DNA of 64,000 bases from Octopus vulgaris (GCA_951406725.2 OX597830.1:18848001-18912000), one strand, 5' to 3'; numbered from the stretch's first letter, positions 43,585 to 56,703 are shown. Numbers and translations: made by a program. Notes: generated by a model not told the origin, from the sequence alone.

Positions 43585-43890
43585 CAGTGCTTCTTAACCA
43601 GGGTCTATGTGGACTCCCTTGTGGCCCATATGAGATTTAGGGAGTCCACATAAGCAAAATAGTAAATTAGGTCCATGAAAATATTTTGTTTTAGATGTAT
43701 TTATTGCAAGAAACAGCTAAGTTTCTTTCTCAAATGTTTTACATAGTTCAGTTTACACAGGGGAATGTGTGTTAGACAAAATAGGGATTTTGAAAGACGT
43801 ATCTATAATACTAGTTTTTAGACATCAAATGGCTATGGAAGTCCACCAGAATAAAATAGTCCAGAGATAAAAAATGGTTGAGGACCACTG
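43585..43890. mobile_element. hAT MITE
   Basis: TIRs CAGTGCTTCTTAACC / GGTTGAGGACCACTG; perfect 8-bp TSD TTTTAGAC. Confidence 0.9.
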
Positions 43891-44099
43891 TTTTAGACAG
43901 AGAAAAAAATGAAAGAGAATAAAAGTGAGATCAAAAGGAGTAAAGAGGTTGGCTGGGACACAGTCCGGGGAAACCTGCTTCCAACCCCTACAATGCAAGC
44001 CCTATAATGAATACTCCGAAGGAGATGAAAACAAAGCAGGCCCAAAAACATGAAACAGGTCCATAAATACTGAAGCTCTAGCATGTGGCTATGCATACC

Positions 44100-44278
44100 C
44101 CTTTTACTCTTTTACTTGCATCAGCCACTTGACTGCGGCCATGCTGGAGCACCACCTTTAGTCGAGCAAATCAACCCCAGGACTTATTCTTTGTAAGCCT
44201 AGTACTTATTCTATCGGTCTCGTAAACACACCAGCATCGGTTGTCAAGCGATGTTGGGGGGGACAAACACACACACAC

Positions 44279-44347
<69 letters not shown>

Positions 44348-44621
44348 GATAAATCTCAGAGCGAGTATATGTATTTGTGAAGGGATCTGACTTCTCATCG
44401 ACAACCATGATTGTCACACGCTGATGAAAGATAAACACCTTGAAACTCGGGTACGTGTGTATCATGAGTTGAAGACAGGGAGGATGGCTCCCCTTCACAA
44501 ATACTGAGAGGACACAGATAGTGTGTCTATAGCCAGCTGGAGGAGATATCTTCCTGGGGCTACAAACTACAGTAGCATCCACCCTTATGGGTTAGCCATA
44601 TTCAAATGGCAAATATGCGTC

Positions 44622-44687
<66 letters not shown>

Positions 44688-44920
44688 TAATAATAAGGGT
44701 TTTTTGCAACAAGTTGCTTAAACCACATACTGAAAATATTATATATACATATATACGATGGGCTTCTTTCAGTTTTCTACTACCAAATCCACTCACAAGG
44801 CTTTGGTTGGGCCCGAGGCTATAGTAGAAGACACTTGCCCAAGGTGCCACGCAATGGGAATGAACCCGGAACCATGTGGTTGGTAAGCAAGCTACTTACC
44901 ACACAGCCACTCCTGCGCCT
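44100..44920 (-). mobile_element. SINE family A split at its internal microsatellite by a hammerhead-bearing insert
   Basis: 3' half 44100-44280, 5' half 44755-44920. Confidence 0.85.
44415..44459 (+). ncRNA. Minimal type-I hammerhead ribozyme
   Basis: CACACG-CTGATGA-AAG(ataaacac)CTT-GAAA-CTCGGG-TA-CGTGTG: perfect 6-bp stem I, intact core, 3-bp stem II, near-palindromic stem III, GUA cleavage triplet. Confidence 0.85.
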
Positions 44921-45127
44921 ACAAGCATATAAATCTATGACAATATACACATGTACAAAATACATATATGCATATACACACATGTACATGCCCTGTTAGC
45001 GAATACAACACCGTTTATGTTTTGGAAATAAGTTACCCAATCAAATTCAAATGGTTATTCATTGAATTGGATTATATCAAATTATATATTCCATGTGCCA
45101 TCACTGTGTTATTGCAGTCTTGATCAC

Positions 45128-45169
45128 AACTGTCTGACGAATGGGAACATGAAACTCTGAGTAATAGTT
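45128..45169 (+). ncRNA. Minimal type-I hammerhead ribozyme
   Basis: AACTGT-CTGACGA-ATG(ggaa)CAT-GAAA-CTCTGAG-TA-ATAGTT: 6-bp stem I (one G-U), intact core, GNRA-capped stem II, self-complementary stem III, GUA triplet. Confidence 0.85.
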
Positions 45170-45584
45170 TTTCATGATGTTTTTGCAGCTTTAATGAAAA
45201 AGCATATTACTCTGCCTGTGGTATTCGAGTACTCTTTTTTTTCACATTGTTTTGCATTTACGTGCTTACTTGTGTGTGTGTGTGTGTGTGTGTGTGCTTT
45301 GATTTCACGGTTAATATAACAAGAATTTAGGAGTGGAATGTTTTACTGGACGTGAATTAAAAAATTTTGGTAAACTGCATCATATCAAAACGTATCCCTC
45401 AGTATACACACACACGCACACACACACACACACACACACAAACACATACACATATTTATACATACACACATACAAACATTCATGCACACATACATACACC
45501 CATATATATGTATGTACATATACGTATATAGATATAGATATAGAAAGAAATATAGATATAAACAAAGATATATATATATATCCG

Positions 45585-45875
45585 AACGTGGCTGAAACGT
45601 AGCCGATGCCAGCGCCGCCTCGACTGCCTTCTGTGCCGGTGGCACGTAAAAAGCACCAACCAATCATGGCCGCTGCCAGACTCCCCTGGCACCTGTGCCG
45701 GTGGCACATAAAAAGCACCCACTACACTCGCGGAGTGGTTGGCGTCAGGAAGGGCATCCAGCTGTAGAAACACTGCCAGATCAGAATGGAGCCTGGTCCT
45801 GGCTTCCCAGACCCTGGTCGAACCGTCCAACCCGTGCTAGTGCGGAAAACGGACGTTAAACGATGATGATGATGA
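45585..45875 (+). mobile_element. Short RTE 3'-UTR-derived element with (GAT)n tail (copies 21795-21903 -, 27735-27872 +, 46310-46512 +, 46645-46960 -, 50638-50865 -)
   Basis: Same sequence as the LINE 3' UTR at 38640-38850 (ggagtggttggcgttaggaagggcatccagc...aacccatgccagcatggaaa..gacgttaaacgatgatg). Confidence 0.8.
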
Positions 45876-45877
45876 TA

Positions 45878-45916
<39 letters not shown>

Positions 45917-46508
45917 CCCACCATCACTTGCTACTATAAAATCTTCTTCATCTCTTAAATTCCCCCCTCATGGGCTCACGAAACATCCCCCCCTATCCCC
46001 GCTATACAACTTATATTTCCCCTCACTGGGGGTATGTCCTGATGCATCTCCAGTATCTTCTCTTTCCTTTTCTCCCTCTCCTTCTCTCTCTGTCTCTCTC
46101 TTTCACACACTCTGTCACTCTCTCTATTTTTCTCATTCTTCTCATTTATTTTCCTACTGGGGTCACCAAGTATCTCCTCTTACAGTATGATACTTGTTTC
46201 TATCCCTCTATTATTCTTTAACCTCTCAACTGGCACAAAGACACTTCCCTCAGTATCACTCCCTCTCCCAGCTGAGGTGGGTCTTTGTCTTGCAAATTAC
46301 TTGGCCACACTGCTGGTGCCATGTAAAAAAAAAAACAAAAAAAAACACCAAATATATTCTGTAAAGTGGTTGGTGTTAGGAAGGGCATTCAGCTATAGAA
46401 ATCATGCCAAAGCAGACAGTGGAGCCTTGTGCAGCTGTCTGGCTTGCCAAGTCCTGTCAAACTATCTAATCCATGGCAGCATGGAAGATGGATGTTAAAT
46501 GATGATGA

Positions 46509-46544
<36 letters not shown>

Positions 46545-46568
46545 TAAATAAAAGGTGTTTTTTTTCTA

Positions 46569-46674
<106 letters not shown>

Positions 46675-46973
46675 TTAGCGTCTGCTTTCCATGCTAGCAT
46701 GGGTTGGACGGTTCAACTGGGGTCTGGGAAGCCAGAAGGCTGCATCAGGCCCAGTCTGATCTGGCAGTGTTTCTACAGTTGGATGCCCTTCCTAATGCCA
46801 ACCACTCCGTGAGTGTAGTGGGTGCTTTTTACGTGCCACCCACACAGGTGCCAGATGGGGCTGGCAAACGGCCACGGACAGGTGGTACTTTTTACATGCC
46901 ACCGGCACAGGGGCCAGGCGAGGTTGGCAACGGCCACGATCGGATGGTGCTCTTTACGTGCATGTATATATAT

Positions 46974-47306
46974 AAATTAGAAAAAAAACACCTTTTATCA
47001 ATTCAACAATGAAAAAATTAAATTATACATATAGAAAAAAATTACATCTTATAGAAAAAATATTAAATATAAGATAAAAACATACACCAATGAAGTAATG
47101 TACAAAATGATGAATAAAACATATATATTTGGTTATATATACCAAATACATACGTTTTATTTATTAGTTTGTACATTACTTAATCATTGGTATATGTTTT
47201 TATCTTATATTTAATTTTTTTTTCTGTAGGATGTAATTATTTTTCTATATGGTATAATTTATTTTTTTATTGTTGAATTGATAAAAGATGTTTTTTTTCC
47301 TAATTT
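46974..47306. repeat. AT-rich foldback element, ~160-bp inverted arms, in (TA)n
   Basis: Arms pair around the centre TTTGGTTATATATACCAAA (about 47140); truncated terminal copy at 46541-46572. Confidence 0.85.
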
Positions 47307-47391
47307 ATATATATATATATATTATATTTTGTGAAATTTGATTTAGTATTTCTAAATTTAATTTTCCCTGTAAGTTTGGAATAATATTCCC

Positions 47392-47428
<37 letters not shown>

Positions 47429-47822
47429 TATACATACACATATATACAAATGTCACAAACATATTTTATCTAATGTAAATTTTGCTTATGCCTGAATGCT
47501 ACTTGGTTCTAATATTTTGTTATTTTTCACAGTCAGGTGATCTATCAGTGCAAATCAGTCAACATTGTTGACTGTATGTTGCATAAAGCTATTGTTTTAT
47601 AAGATTTGTTCAGAGTTGTCTCTCATAGGTACTTCCCATTGATAAAAGCCAACTAGCTTGAAACATTGATGTCTGGGAGTCCTGATAGACAGCAACACTG
47701 AACAAATAGGCTATCTTTACACCTTTTAACCATAAGAGAAATATTTTCTCTGTGGTAACTGCAATAAATTTGGCTTTTTTGCACACACATATATGTGTGT
47801 GTGTAGTGTATAAACAATTTAA

Positions 47823-47864
<42 letters not shown>

Positions 47865-47939
47865 AGAGTTTACGAAAGACGAAGACAGGTGGTGTACAAA
47901 ACAAACAGATGTATTAGTATAACGCTCAGGAATAGAAAA

Positions 47940-47992
<53 letters not shown>

Positions 47993-48021
47993 GCATATAT
48001 ATAAATACATATACACATGTG

Positions 48022-48140
<119 letters not shown>

Positions 48141-48582
48141 TTATCCATCCATCTATCTATTATACACATATGTATTCTCACACACCTAATCCTATATACA
48201 CACAGATTTATATATAGATAAAGTAAATACTTTCTATAGACAATGTTTATAATATCAGTATTTTAAACTCCAAAGTCTGTTGTGTTTATATAGGACACTT
48301 GTTTATTTTCACCTAACAGACCACCTTTCTTACCTCAGTAAGGTAACCTGAAACAAGTGGAGTTAAATATATTTACACAACCCAACAAGGGAATCTCTAC
48401 TTGACCTGCTAGAAATGGCAAAACAAATTTTCCCCAAACTCTACTCTGCAGTCTTATAAAGCGAAGAACACATTGGATATCACTTCAGCTGCAGTCTACA
48501 TACAATCCTAATGAGTGTTTCTATATTTTTTATATTTTTCTTGAACCCCAAGATTTATAAGGTTTGATACCTTGTTTCCATG

Positions 48583-48810
48583 CTGGCAGAAACGTTAGCG
48601 CGCCGGGCGAAATGCGTAGCCGTATTTCCTCTGCCGTTACGTTCTGAGTTCAAATTCCGCCGAGGTCGACTTTGCCTTTCATCCTTTCGGGGTCGATAAA
48701 TAAAGTACCAGTTACGCACTGGAGTTGATATAATCGACTTAATCCGTTTGTCTCTCCTTGTTTGTCCCCTCTATGTTTAGCCCCTTGTGGGTAGTAAAGA
48801 AATAGGTATA
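48583..48810 (+). mobile_element. SINE family B (other copies 36375-36606 -, 39092-39305 +, 62805-63010 +)
   Basis: Family match. Confidence 0.9.
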
Positions 48811-49574
48811 AGTAATGAAAATCACAACATCCCACTGAACAGGATATCAGTCCATTGCAAGATTGAAAGCTGGTAATTTTTGAGAGGAGGGGGTAAAGTT
48901 GACTTTTGTCTTTTATGATATCTTTCACTTGTTTCAGTCAGTAAGCTGCAGCCATGCTGGAGCATTGCCTTGAAAAATTTTTAGTCAAATATATCAAGCC
49001 AGTATTTATTTTTTTTTAAAGTCTGTTATTTATTTTAGTGGCCTCTTTTATTGAACTGCTAAGTTATGGGGATGTAAGCTGACTAGCACCAGTTGTCAAG
49101 CAGTGGGGCAGACAAACACAAACACACACACACACACACACGCACACACACACACAATGGACTGTCTTCAGTTTCACTTTACCAAATCCGTTCACAAGGC
49201 TTTGGTCGGCCCAAGGCTATTGTCAAAGACACTTGCCCAAGGTACCATCTAGTGGGACTGAACCTGGAACCATGTGGTTCAGAAGCAAACTGTCTTTTAC
49301 TTGTTTAAATCATTTAGCCTGCAGCCATGCTGAGGCACCACCTTGAAGAATTCTAGTCAGTCATATCAAATCCAGTACTTAACTTTCTTAATCTGACACT
49401 AATTCTATTGATTTCTTTTGCCAAACTGCTAAGTTACAGGGAATGTAAACACGCCTACACCAGTAGTCAAAATGGCTGAGGGGAGACATTCTCAGACACA
49501 CACACATACTTTCATACATACATACACACACACATACATACATACATACATACATACATACATACACACACACT

Positions 49575-49990
49575 CTTTACTCTTTTACTCTTTTACTTGT
49601 TTCAGTCATTTGACTGTGGCCATGCTGGAGCACCGCCTTTAGTCGAGCAAATCGATCCCAGGACTTATTCTTTGTAAGCCTAGTACTTATTCTATCAGTC
49701 TCTTTTGCTGAACTGCTAAGTTACGGGGACGTAAACACACCAGCATCGTTTGTCAAGTGATGTTGGGGGAACGAACACAGACACACAAACATATACACAC
49801 ACATACAAAAATATATATACATATATATGACAGACTTCTTTCAGTTTCCGTCTACCAAATCCACTCACAAGGCTTCGGTCGGCCCGTGGCTATAGTAGAA
49901 GACACTTGTCCCAGGTGCCGCGCATTGGGACTGAACCCGGAACCATGTGGCTCGTAAGCAAGCTACCTATCATACAGCCACTCCTGCGCC

Positions 49991-50025
<35 letters not shown>

Positions 50026-50185
50026 GATGGACTTTTCATTTATGGTCTGCCAAATCCACTCACAAGGCTTCGGGTCGGCCCGTGGCTATAGTAGAAGACA
50101 CTTGTCCCAGGTGCCGCGCATTGGGACTGAACCCGGAACCATGTGGCTCGTAAGCAAGCTACCTATCATACAGCCACTCTTGCGC

Positions 50186-50187
<2 letters not shown>
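49575..50187 (-). mobile_element. SINE family A with a tandemly duplicated head
   Basis: Full copy 49575-49990 plus a second head 50030-50187 that shares private variants. Confidence 0.85.
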
Positions 50188-50224
<37 letters not shown>

Positions 50225-50234
50225 TATATATATA

Positions 50235-50618
50235 CTAGCAGTATCGCCCGGCGTTGCTCGGGTTTGTAAGGGAAATAACTATAAAGCATTTTTAGAGAGT
50301 TATAGCCAAAAAATAGCAAAAAAATGGAAAAAAATGATGGTAAAATTTTTTTTTAGTTAAAAAAGGTCGAGTTGCGTCCCCTAGACAGTCTGTGGTTTGT
50401 GTTTCTGATTCTCGACCCCCATGTCGAATTTATCGATTTTTTTCAGAACTGGGGGAACTTTTCAAAATTTTCGCAGCGTTAGTTTTGAATTATGACATTG
50501 GGCTATGTGTGTGTCAAGTTTCACCAGAATCGGTTGAAAGCCGTGGTCAGGGTGAGGGTACAACCAAACAGACACACAGAAACACACACAGACAAACTGC
50601 CGTTTATATAGAGAGAGA
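50235..50618 (-). mobile_element. Non-autonomous Helitron
   Basis: Minus strand starts a|TC and ends CCCGAGCAACGCCGGG hairpin + CTAG|t; inserted between A and T with no TSD. Confidence 0.8.
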
Positions 50619-51138
50619 TATATATATATATATATATCATCATCATCATCATCACCGTTTAACATCCGTTTTCCATGCTAGCACGGGTTGGACAATTCGA
50701 CCGGGGATCTGGGAAGTCAGGAGGCTGCACCAGGTTCCAGCCCGATCTGGCAGTGTTTCTACAGCTGGATGCCCTTCCTAACGCCAACCACTCCGTGAGT
50801 GTAGTGGGTGCTTTTTACGTGCCACAGGCACAGAAGCCAGACAAGGCGGTGCTGGCATCGGTTACACGCATACACATACATACATACATACATATATCTA
50901 TCTATATATGTTCATATATACATAGATATACATTTACACAGATATGCACGTGTATATACTAGTATACCTGTGTCATCAAAAGTGCTAGTAGTTTTCTTAA
51001 TGATGGACAATGGTACATCAACACAATGGGAGAAACCAGTGCCAAATGTCAGCAATCTAGTAAATAAATGTACATACACAGAATTGAAACACTTGAAGAT
51101 TCAGATATGGTTGTACTGTCTTGAATGAAAATATCATA

Positions 51139-51173
<35 letters not shown>

Positions 51174-51231
51174 AATATATTGGCGTTACATATTTATGTA
51201 CACCTATGGAAGTGCATACATATTCATATGT

Positions 51232-51777
51232 ATATATGCGTGTGTGAATGTATGTGCCTCTCTTTACCCTTTACTCTTTTACTTGTTTCAGTCATTTGAC
51301 TGTGGCCATGCTGGAGCACCGCCTTTAGTCGAGCAAATCGACCCCAGGACTTATTCTTTGTAAGCCCAGTACTTATTCTATTGGTCTCTTTTGCCGAACC
51401 GCTAAGTAATGGGGACATAAACACACCAGCATCGGTTGTTAAGCAATGCTAGGGCGACAAATACAGACACACAAACATACACACACACATATATATATAC
51501 ATATATATGACAGGCTTCTTTCAGTTTCCGTCTACCAAATCCACTCACAAGGCTTTGGTCGGCCCGGGGCTATAGCAGAAGACACTTGCCCAAGATGCCA
51601 CGCAGTGGGACTGAACCCGGAACCATGTGGTTGGTAAGCAAGCTACTTACCACACAGCCACTCCTGCGTATATTTGTTTACATTTTTTAGATTGACGAAA
51701 TCAATAAACTATATTATCCATTAGTTGGAAAGGGAAAGCATGGAAAAATGGACCAAAATGAAAGAATAAGATGAAAG

Positions 51778-51816
<39 letters not shown>

Positions 51817-52802
51817 ATATATTGTCATTCATATAACATCTACATATATGCCAAGTGAATGATAAAATTTTGAAAACAAGTGTTTAATATTTAATTTCAT
51901 ATAGATATTTACTTGTGTGTCAGCTTGTATGAATGTGTGCATGAAATTGATAAAGTAAATACAATTTACAATAAAAATTCGCAGTTTTATTTTGAGTAAA
52001 AACATCAGCATTGTTCAGAGCAAAATCCTTGAAGGCTGTTTGCATGCTTCACTGGTTCTGACTTTCACTTACTCCCAGTCTATTTGTTGTTTGACACGTC
52101 TTTCCCTGCAAGCATGACTGACAGGACACATATTGCATTTTATTATATTCAAGATATATACATATACATAGTCGTAGGAGTGGCTGTGTGGTAAGTAGCT
52201 TGCTTACCGACCACATGGTTCTGGGTTCAGTCCCACTGCATGGCACCTTGTGTATATGCGTGTGTGAATGTATGTGCCTACTCTTTACTCTCTTTTTACT
52301 CTTTTACTTGTTTCAGTCATTTGACTGCGGCCATGCTGGAGCACCGCCTTTAGTCGAGCAAATCGACCCCTGGACTTATTCTTTGTAAGCCCAGTACTTA
52401 TTCTATCGGTCTCTTTTGCCGAACCGCTAAGTAATGGGGACATAAACACACCAGCATCGGTTGTTAAGCAATGCTAGGGGGACAAATACAGACACACAAA
52501 CATACACACACATATATATATATACATATATATGACAGGCTTCTTTCAGTTTCCGTCTACCAAATCCACTCACAAGGCTTTGGTCGGCCCGGGGCTATAG
52601 CAGAAGACACTTGCCCAAGATGCCACGCAGTGGGACTGAACCCGGAACCATGTGGTTGGTAAGCAAGCTACTTACCACACAGCCACTCCTGCGTATATTT
52701 GTTTACATTTTTTAGATTGACGAAATCAATAAACTATATTATCCATTAGTTGGAAAGGGAAAGCATGGAAAAATGGACCAAAATGAAAGAATAAGATGAA
52801 AG

Positions 52803-52849
<47 letters not shown>

Positions 52850-53526
52850 ATATATTGTCATTCATATAACATCTACATATATGCCAAGTGAATGATAAAA
52901 TTTTGAAAAAAAGTGTTTAATATTTAATTTCATATAGATATTTACTTGTGTGTCAGCTTGTATGAATGTGTGCATGAAATTGATAAAGTAAATACAATTT
53001 ACAATAAAAATTCGCAGTTTTATTTTGAGTAAAAACATCAGCATTGTTCAGAGCAAATCCTTGAAGGCTGTTTGCATGCTTCACTGGTTCTGACTTTCAC
53101 TTACTCCCAGTCTATTTGTTGTTTGACACGTCTTTCCCTGCAAGCATGACTGACAGGACACATATTGCATTTTATTATATGCAAGATATATACATATACA
53201 TAGTCGTAGGAGTGGCTGTGTGGTAAGTAGCTTGCTTACCGACCACATGGTTCTGGGTTCAGTCCCACTGCATGGCACCTTGTGTATATGCGTGTGTGAA
53301 TGTATGTGCCTACTTTTTACTCTTTTACTTGTTTCAGTCATTTGACTGCGGCCATGCTGGAGCACCGCCTTTAGTCGAGCAAATCGACCCCTGGACTTAT
53401 TCTTTGTAAGCCCAGTACTTATTCTATCATTCTCTTTTGCCGAACCACTAAGTTATGGGGACATAAACACACCAGCATCGGTTGTCAAGCGATTGTGGGA
53501 GAACAAACACAGACACACAAATGTAT

Positions 53527-53563
<37 letters not shown>

Positions 53564-53600
53564 CATATATACGACAGGCTGCTTTCAGTTTCCGTTGCCC
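51232..53600. repeat. Recent tandem duplication, ~1.02-1.03 kb unit, about 2.3 copies, each starting with a reverse SINE A
   Basis: TGTGTGAATGTATGTGCC recurs at 51241, 52261 and 53293; unique spacer nearly identical between copies. Confidence 0.95.
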
Positions 53601-54965
53601 TGCAATCACTTTGACACCTGACACCTGTGCACCTATTCAGGTAAAGCCGATCTGATAAAAGGAGTGACCTCATACATTTGATTGTTAGAAACAAACCATT
53701 TGTGCAGGTAATTCACCAAAAGCTGAATTATATTGTCTTCGATTGGAGAGGTTTATCATATACATGTGTGTGTGTGTGTGTATGTGTGTGTAAATGTATG
53801 CAAATAAATGTGAATGTATGACTGTGTGTACGTATATCTGTGTCTGAAACAGCTGTAAGGAGTAGTTTATGAATTTCAGTAATTTATAATATGACTATTA
53901 AAATATGTATTTGTATTATTTTTATTATTATATTACCTATTGGTTTATATAATGTTATGTTTGATTTTGATGTTCTCATTTGTATAATTAATAAACAATG
54001 TAATATTGTAATATCCGTAAGTTGATGAACGAGATGAATTTGTTTCTCCATTTTCTTATTTGTATTATGAATTTACGGTAAAAATATTTTTTACCTTCAC
54101 CTATTTAATACAATAAATGAATTAATTGCATTGCAATTAAAAACATTTATGTATTAAGAATTTGGGTACTTTACCAACGGTATATTGGATAACTGATATC
54201 CCATAGTGGGTTACATTCATAACCCCTATCTTACTTTGTATTATATATATATATATATATATATATCATTGTTCTGTCTTTTACTATTTTTACTTTTTTA
54301 TTGTTTTTTCTGTTTTGTTCTCACTGTCCTGTTCTTGTTACCACTTTCACCCTCTGCAAAAAATCCCAAATTTTATTTAATTTGCTTTGCGAGAAGGACT
54401 GTTTCAATGAAGTCACGTCTTGTCCTTACCTTCAAAACGCGGAGTAGATGAAACAGGGACAACTGAAGAAGGGGAATATTCCTTATGTTGTATGTCTCGT
54501 TTCTCTGTTTTTTTTCGCTGTTTGAAAAAAAGTTCGTTTCTATGTTTTTTGTTTTTGTTTTCATTTCTCATTGTGTTCAACGTTTTTTTGATGTCCTGTA
54601 CCCATATATGCATGTATATATACATATATATGTAGGTGTGTACATGTATGTATGTATGTATATATGCATACATTTATATATTATTTATATACATATATAT
54701 ACACAAACTATCTCAACTTTACACACAACTTACAAAGGTACTTTATTTCTTTACCTTATTTATATTGTACTTTATATTGCAATTTACTCTATAATCTCTA
54801 TTTATTCATTTATTACTCTAATTCTGTTTACCTAACCTATCTTATCCCCAACCAACCTGCAAACCCCTTGCCCAAATACATATAAATACAAACCCTAAAT
54901 AGTATCATTCAGTCTGCTGTGATGAACTTACAAACAAACATACATAACATCTAGGGGTATATTTT

Positions 54966-55050
54966 TTCCCTCTGAAGAGATTATGCTCAGAAATATGAAT
55001 TTAATATTTAATTAACTTCACTGCGTACAACTGAAACAGCTGTAAGGGAA
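54966..55050 (+). ncRNA. Type-I hammerhead ribozyme with long stem/loop II
   Basis: TTCCCT-CTGAAGA-(54 nt including TATGC/GCGTA pairing)-GAAA-CAGCTG-TA-AGGGAA: perfect 6-bp stem I, palindromic stem III, GUA triplet. Confidence 0.75.
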
Positions 55051-55710
55051 TATGATCAATTTATTGCTCATTATAAACTCTCATCAACTTCAAAATTTCT
55101 ATTTTCTTCTTTTTTCTTTGCGTTAATATAAACTACAGTTTATATACAAACCTATTATTTTAAGGAAATCAATTCCCCCGAGCACCTTTTCAAAGTCCAC
55201 CTGTTTAACACCCGTGGACATGTTTACAAAATCAGAAAACAGCACAGCTCCCATGACTTTTGGAAATATTTTTTCACGCTAAGAGTTGCTGAAGCTTGGA
55301 ACAGACTGCTGGCATCAGTTGTTAGTTGTCAGAGCACTGCATCCTTCAAAACTTCCATGCTTCCTGAGATTCGCCAACACTACACCTGATTTTCTCCCCT
55401 CCATACACACGCAAACATGTATCTGACTCATACACTGTTCACTTCCCAGACATTTATACATTAAGGCACATGCTTTATATGCACTTTTGACAAGTTGTGG
55501 TGCACCTGAGCACTGATCGGCCACGTTCGGATGGTGCTTTTTACGTGCCATTGAAAATAGAAAAATAGAGTATAATGGATGTATATGCATATCTCAGGAG
55601 TTATTTCTCTTCCTTTAGCACCACATCCAACCTGTTAACTATTCATGAATACAATGCTGGCTCTGAATGCTATAGAAAATCTGCAGATAAACTTCACTGT
55701 ATATATACAA

Positions 55711-55741
<31 letters not shown>

Positions 55742-56064
55742 GGTGCACGGCTTCATGGTTAGGGTGTTGCACACACGATTGTGAGATTGTGGTTTCCATT
55801 CCCAGACCAAGTGTTGCATTGTGTTCCTAAACAAAACACTCTACTTCATGTTGCTCTGTGATCATTTTGCCATCTGCCATGTGGTACGTCGTGCACCTGT
55901 ACAGGTAATGTTGATAATATGATGGAGGGAGCAAGTTTATATGAATGCTACCATTTGATCACTATAAACAAATTATCTGTTGTGCAGCAAAAAATTGCAG
56001 AACCCTCATATGTTGTCTCATGACAGGAGAGTCCATATATATATATATATATATACACACAAAT

Positions 56065-56332
56065 GTATATATTGTGTGTAGAAGACATAAATCTGGAGAA
56101 GAAGCACACTCTAAGATGTAGAGCAGTATATATTAAAAGTGGTAAAGGCTGGTTGATGGGATTACTCAGCCTGGCCAACAGGTTTTTGGGGTCTGATGAT
56201 ATGCCATGAAGCTAAATCCTTTATGGACGGGAAACCCAGGGTAATCCCATAAACCGGCCTTCCCCGCTTTTAATATATACACAACCCATGCCAGCATGGA
56301 AAACAGGCATTAAACGATGATGATGATGATGT

Positions 56333-56391
<59 letters not shown>

Positions 56392-56413
56392 TGTAATACA
56401 TATATATGTATAT

Positions 56414-56452
<39 letters not shown>

Positions 56453-56659
56453 TATATATATACACATATATATGCACATATATACATACATATACATATA
56501 TATGCATATATGTATATATATACATATATATATATGTGTGTGTGTGTGTATAGTAATAATTATAATAATCCATATATGGAATTGATAAATATTTTAATGT
56601 ATCTTTAAATGCATTTCGACAAATCACATGTTCAAAATACTCATAAATTACACCAATGG

Positions 56660-56703
<44 letters not shown>

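Noticed and set aside
54390-54490. Permuted hammerhead-like arrangement (GTC-TTGTCC...GGACAA-CTGAAGA)
   Set aside because: Stem I and CUGAAGA are present, but there is no correctly placed GAAA and stem III on either strand.
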